A DNA stretch of 44,693 nucleotides from Amoebophrya sp. A120 (Eukaryota; Protista; Dinoflagellata). Positions 42,071 to 44,693 of the stretch are shown here, in pieces. The notes beneath the pieces are model-generated. The model was not told the DNA's origin. It saw only the letters and a program-made list of their open reading frames with translations, and searched no databases. Each line of letters begins with the position of its first letter. The first letter of the stretch is position 1. The DNA lies in assembly GCA_905178155.1 (NCBI GenBank), contig CAJINV010000026.1, positions 64,973 through 109,665 of the forward strand. The letters run 5' to 3'. The translations under genes and the position numbers were made by a program.

Positions 42071-43222
42071 GATGGGAAAAAATAAAAAATGTCGCTAGGA
42101 TATTATGGTGTATTTGTGAATGTTAAATACGATAGGTGATACGTTCAAGATGAAGGATCACATGATCGTCGTATAGTCTAGTACTTGACGCGACAGATGA
42201 AACGACTCCAGCGCCTTTTTTCGCAAGCAGGGATACATACCTGCGGCACCATCGTTCTCATTTCATCGAAGTGGTCACAAGTTAAGAATAGTCGCACGGG
42301 GGTAAAAATCACATCTTTGTTCTACTTCCGTTGTTATGTAGTCCATGTCGGTCGCTATGGTGAAATTCTGCCTTGCTTTTGAAGAAATCGTGGTGGAATC
42401 GAGGTAGTCACGACATCTAGTGCAGCTTCCGGCTGAATATCGTGGCAGCACTTCTATACAGCTGCAGAAAAAAAAAGATTAAAGTGGTTGTGCATGTACG
42501 AAAGGAAGCTGCAACAAGATCTTCTCTGGCTTGCGCGTACAGATGAAAATGCGCCTTTTCTCAACAGGGAGGCGAAAGCAAAAACTGTAACTGAGAGACC
42601 ACAAGCTTTTGGTACAGCTGCCCATCGAATAAAGATTCTATCGCGCAAAGAGATGCTGAATCTGCTTAGCTACTTGAGTGGCATCTTCAGCTACGCATCT
42701 TCGGACCTTTCATCTTTTCAGCACTGTGAACTACTGCGAGGTAGTACTTACTACTTCCTTGTCCCTTCTTCCTCCACATCGTCATCAACACAAAAACTTC
42801 GATCCTTCATGCCACATCAATCAATAGACGACAAACCACGGGGAACGTCGGAAGCAATGTAGTTTTAGGCTGTATCTGCCTTCAGTTTTTGCAGCACACC
42901 TCATCTTCAACTATAGTGCGCCGTCAAGATCAGCATCCACTTCGTATCACCTGTGATAGGTCCACAATCGCATTGACGTTCCAAGAAATGTGAACAAAAA
43001 ATTCCAGAACACATGTTGCTACTCGCAGGCACTACCGCTTCACGGTTGTCGGGGTGTCGCGCTTGTGGACTCCGTTCCTCCTCGCTTGCGGAGTCCAAAG
43101 ACCAGAAAACTTTTGTTAAAATAAAACAAAAAAGCTCCACTGCGGACAGCTTTTGCGGAAAATCTGGCGGCAAGAGAAACCGAAGTTAGCATCTTTCCCC
43201 CGACCTGTATCCCGTTTCCCGT

Positions 43223-43335
43223 GTTGCTATGGTTGAAACGCTTGTGTTTATGTCGGTTGCTATGGTTGAAACGCTTGTGTTAATGTCGGTTGCTATGGTT
43301 GAAACGCTTGTGTTTATGTCGGTTGCTATGGTTGA
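43223..43335. repeat. Tandem repeat, 33-bp unit, about 3.4 copies
   Basis: GTTGCTATGGTTGAAACGCTTGTGTTTATGTCG at 43223, 43256, 43289, 43322. Confidence 0.92.
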
Positions 43336-43969
43336 TGAAACTTTTCCACGTTGTTCTTCTGAATGTTTCTCACAAATTCACTTCTAATGCACGAGCCAAG
43401 ATCTTACTTCTTCGTTCTACAACTAAAAAAGGCGCACTTACGAAAACAACAGGTGGATCTTTCTTTGCTGGCAGGTCCACGAGGTGCGAGTTTTCATCTC
43501 AACAGAAAGCAAAAACCGTATCAGGGGGACAACCTTTGTTCCGAGCTGTCGCACTTGTATGATTGATTCTATCGCGGAAAGGGATACTTAAGTACTTAGC
43601 TCAGCTTCGGAATTCGAGTAACATCATCGTCTGCATCTTCAGCCATGCGCTGAACCCTTCACAACGTTCGTTGAGCTAGTCGTGCTGAGAGGTATGACTT
43701 CCTTGACTCTTCTTTCACAACATGGTCATCATCATTTGCCACAACAACTTTGATCTTTTTCGGCACATCAATCACCTGAGGACAAGATGAAACGGAGAAC
43801 ATTGAAAGAGTGTGGCTCTGGGCTTTATCAATCTGCCTCCAGTGAGCACAACTCGGTCTTGGCCACACCCACGGCCATAGCGCGCCAGCATGTTTATATT
43901 TGTTAAGTATGTTACACACGACGATAAGTCACCCGCTTCAGCGTACTTTAGAAAAGGCGCAAAGGCTAC

Positions 43970-44693
43970 TGGTGACGCGCAAGACTTTTGGCTTCAGAAA
44001 TTATCCTGCAAACCCAGAAAGCGTCTTTTTGTGCAAGATTGATCATAGCCTCCAGGATTGCAAAGAAAAAGAAACACTTTTGCGAAAAAAATTGCATCCC
44101 GAGCCGAAAACCCCAAAACCTCAGAAGCCAGATTCCCGGGGTGATTGTTGGCGCGCAAGACTTCTGGCTTCAGAAACTCTCCTGCAAAGCCAGAAAACAC
44201 GTCTTTGAGAAAGATTGACCATAGCCTCCAGGATTGAAAAGAAAAAACACCACTTTTGCGAGAAAATTGCAACCCCAACCGAAAGCCCACAGAAACTCAA
44301 AAGCAAGACTCCCGGGGTGATTATTGGCGCGCAAGACTTTTGGCTTCAGAAATTCTCCTGTGAAGCCAGAAAGCCCCTTTTTGGGGAAGATTGATCATAG
44401 CCTCCAGGATCAAAAAGAAAAAGCGCCACTTTTGCGAAAAAATTGGACCCCGAACCGAAAACCCCAAAACCTCAGAAACCAGGTTCCCGGGGTGATTCGT
44501 GACGCGCAAGACTTTTGGCTTCAGAAATTATTCTGCAAACCCAGAAAGCGTCTCTTTGGGCAAGATTGATCATAGCCTCCAGGATTGAAAAGAAAAAACA
44601 GCACTTTTGCGATAAAATTGCACCTCGAGCCGAATACCCCAAAACCCCAGAAGCCAGATTCCCGGGGTGATTGTTGGCCAGCAAGACTTTTGG
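43970..44693. repeat. Tandem repeat, 175-176-bp unit, at least 4 copies, runs off the window
   Basis: AAGACTT(T/C)TGG at 43981, 44157, 44333, 44508, 44683. Confidence 0.92.

Noticed and set aside
43223-43335. GTTGCTATGG resembles an RFX X-box half-site upstream of a DNA-damage gene
   Set aside because: Only a half-site within a minisatellite more than 1 kb upstream, and I have no evidence for RFX factors in this lineage.
42185-43919. Short upstream ORFs (for example 42488..42862, 124 aa)
   Set aside because: No recognisable homology or exon structure; a divergent gene cannot be excluded but is not supportable.

Overview
Eukaryotic DNA. Positions 1-42070 are one very large minus-strand gene encoding an ATR/Mec1/Rad3-like PIKK (start ATG at 42070; the gene runs off the window at position 1, inside the FAT domain and before the kinase domain). 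I read about 60 exons totalling about 17.3 kb (about 5,750 codons). The exons are separated by 6 apparently canonical GT-AG introns, 5 of which carry tandem-repeat arrays, and by 54 non-canonical intervening elements. These are mostly 149-338 bp, fall into at least 8 sequence families, and are bounded by terminal inverted repeats starting TAT and ending ATA. Each is flanked by a 5-bp direct repeat (38 of 53 complete elements perfect), has no GT-AG, and related copies occur in both orientations. Removing an element plus one 5-bp repeat restored the reading frame at every junction I translated (about 20). This fits the introner-type non-canonical introns described in the parasitic dinoflagellate Amoebophrya (Farhat et al. 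2021, recalled from memory); their excision mechanism is, to my knowledge, unresolved. 42071-44693 is upstream/intergenic sequence with two tandem repeats. All coordinates were read by hand; the organism assignment is an inference.
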